A stretch of 64,000 nt of DNA from Eledone cirrhosa (lineage: Eukaryota). Under the pieces are notes generated by a model. The model was not told where the DNA came from. It saw only the letters and a list, made by a program, of their open reading frames with translations, and did no database searches. Of the stretch, positions 62,777-64,000 are shown piece after piece (position 1 is the first letter of the stretch; every line of letters starts with the position of its first letter). The stretch is from NCBI GenBank assembly GCA_964016885.1, contig OZ024740.1, positions 48,298,001 to 48,362,000 of the forward strand, written 5' to 3'. The position numbers were made by a program, and so were the translations under genes.

Positions 62777-63125
62777 ATGGCTATGTGGTTAAATATTTTG
62801 CTCTGGGATCAGTCCTACTGCATGGTAGTGTACGATTTTTTACTATAGCACTGGGTTGATCAATGTTTTGTGAGTGAATTTGGTTGACAAAACCTAAAAA
62901 GCTTGTATAAATTTATTAGTGCCAGTATGTCAGTCACTACAAAATCATCATACTGACAATTGTTTATTAAAAAAACAAAATGCTGATGATAACATACCGC
63001 CATAAACACTGTCATGCAGCATAACAGTTCTATACCACACTTAAAATAAGATTTGGGTTGGCATCCATCCATAGGAAACTTGCCTCAAAAAGTCTTGTTG
63101 CAGCCCATGCAAGCATGGCAAAAGC
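62777..63125 (+). mobile_element. Old tRNA-derived SINE remnant(s)
   Basis: A-box-like TGGCTATGTGGTTAA, then TACTATAGC...TTGTGAGTGAATTTGGT, ending in GGCATCCA...CCCATGCAAGCATGG like the (GAT)-tail SINEs. Confidence 0.55.
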
Positions 63126-64000
63126 CGATTTATAAATTATAAGTGACTGCAGGAATTGCCTAAAACTGCCTTTGTTTCTATGATAAATTTTTCCATTTTA
63201 TGGTATCTACATCTAAATTATAACCATCCTCCATAATTTTATGTAAAAACTAAACACCTAATTAATGGAAAAGTTATTTTACTAAAATCCTCCAAATTTA
63301 TTTTCAGAATTAATTGAAACCCATTCAAAGTCTTTCATGAAAGGGTTAATGTTTTTCGATGGATATTTAGAACTTAATGAATATTGGCATTTCTAAATTT
63401 ATGATTATAAAAATGTTTAATATTTACACTCACATGAAAGAAATCAATACATATATATAGACTGTTTTAATTGGAGTTCAAATCAATCAAAACAGTGATC
63501 GTCGTCAATGTTACACCTGCCTTTTACATGCTTGCATGGGTTCGGACGAGATTAGATTAAGACATTTTCCATCTCTAAAGATGGAGCATGAAAAATAATT
63601 ATATAAACTACAAACTGGAACATGTTAGCAAGGTGTAGTTCCAATTAAATGCAGACATGGTTTGTAATGACACACCTAACACATTCATGGAAAACAGACA
63701 CTAAGTGATGATGAATATCATTTCAGACATTTAAACGAGTATTTTAAGTCTTAGGACATGCTGTAATCTCAGTGAGACAGAATGGCTAATTTACTTATAA
63801 TAAAATCTTGCAACGTTTCTTATAATACAAAATCAACAAAAAACTCCAGCCATAAAACTGAAATAATAGTGGTGATGTTTCTAGGGAACTGAATAACTAA
63901 TAAAGAAGAGATAGAATTGTATCAAATTCTACTAATACTTTCTAATGCACTAAATTTGTTGGGAAGGGATGAGATTGAGTAATGTTAATGCATTTCTCAA

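Overview
Eukaryotic (animal) genomic DNA. The repeat families look like those of octopod cephalopods, which is an inference from recalled SINE motifs. Bases 1-~44,549 are one uninterrupted array of a ~31-bp satellite (consensus CACTGTCTCTCTCTTCCAGTACTCCCTCCAN, about 1,400 units, ~80% pyrimidine on +) with nested kb-scale higher-order duplications. The hundreds of ORFs called there are translation artefacts. The remaining ~19.5 kb is AT-rich and holds two divergently transcribed spliced genes. On - are the first three coding exons of a CFAP157-like cilia/flagella gene (ATG at 51588, RFX X-box ~120 bp upstream). On + is a complete 6-exon NDUFS3 (complex I 30-kDa subunit, 266 aa, 56099-62420). 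Introns and intergenic DNA contain decayed CR1, RTE, R4/Dong and CRE non-LTR retrotransposon fragments and several SINE families. The main observation is that the satellite begins ~260 bp past the exon-3 donor of the unfinished CFAP157 ORF, so it appears to fill a >44-kb intron of a flagellar gene. It lies in the orientation that keeps its splice-acceptor-like strand out of the pre-mRNA.
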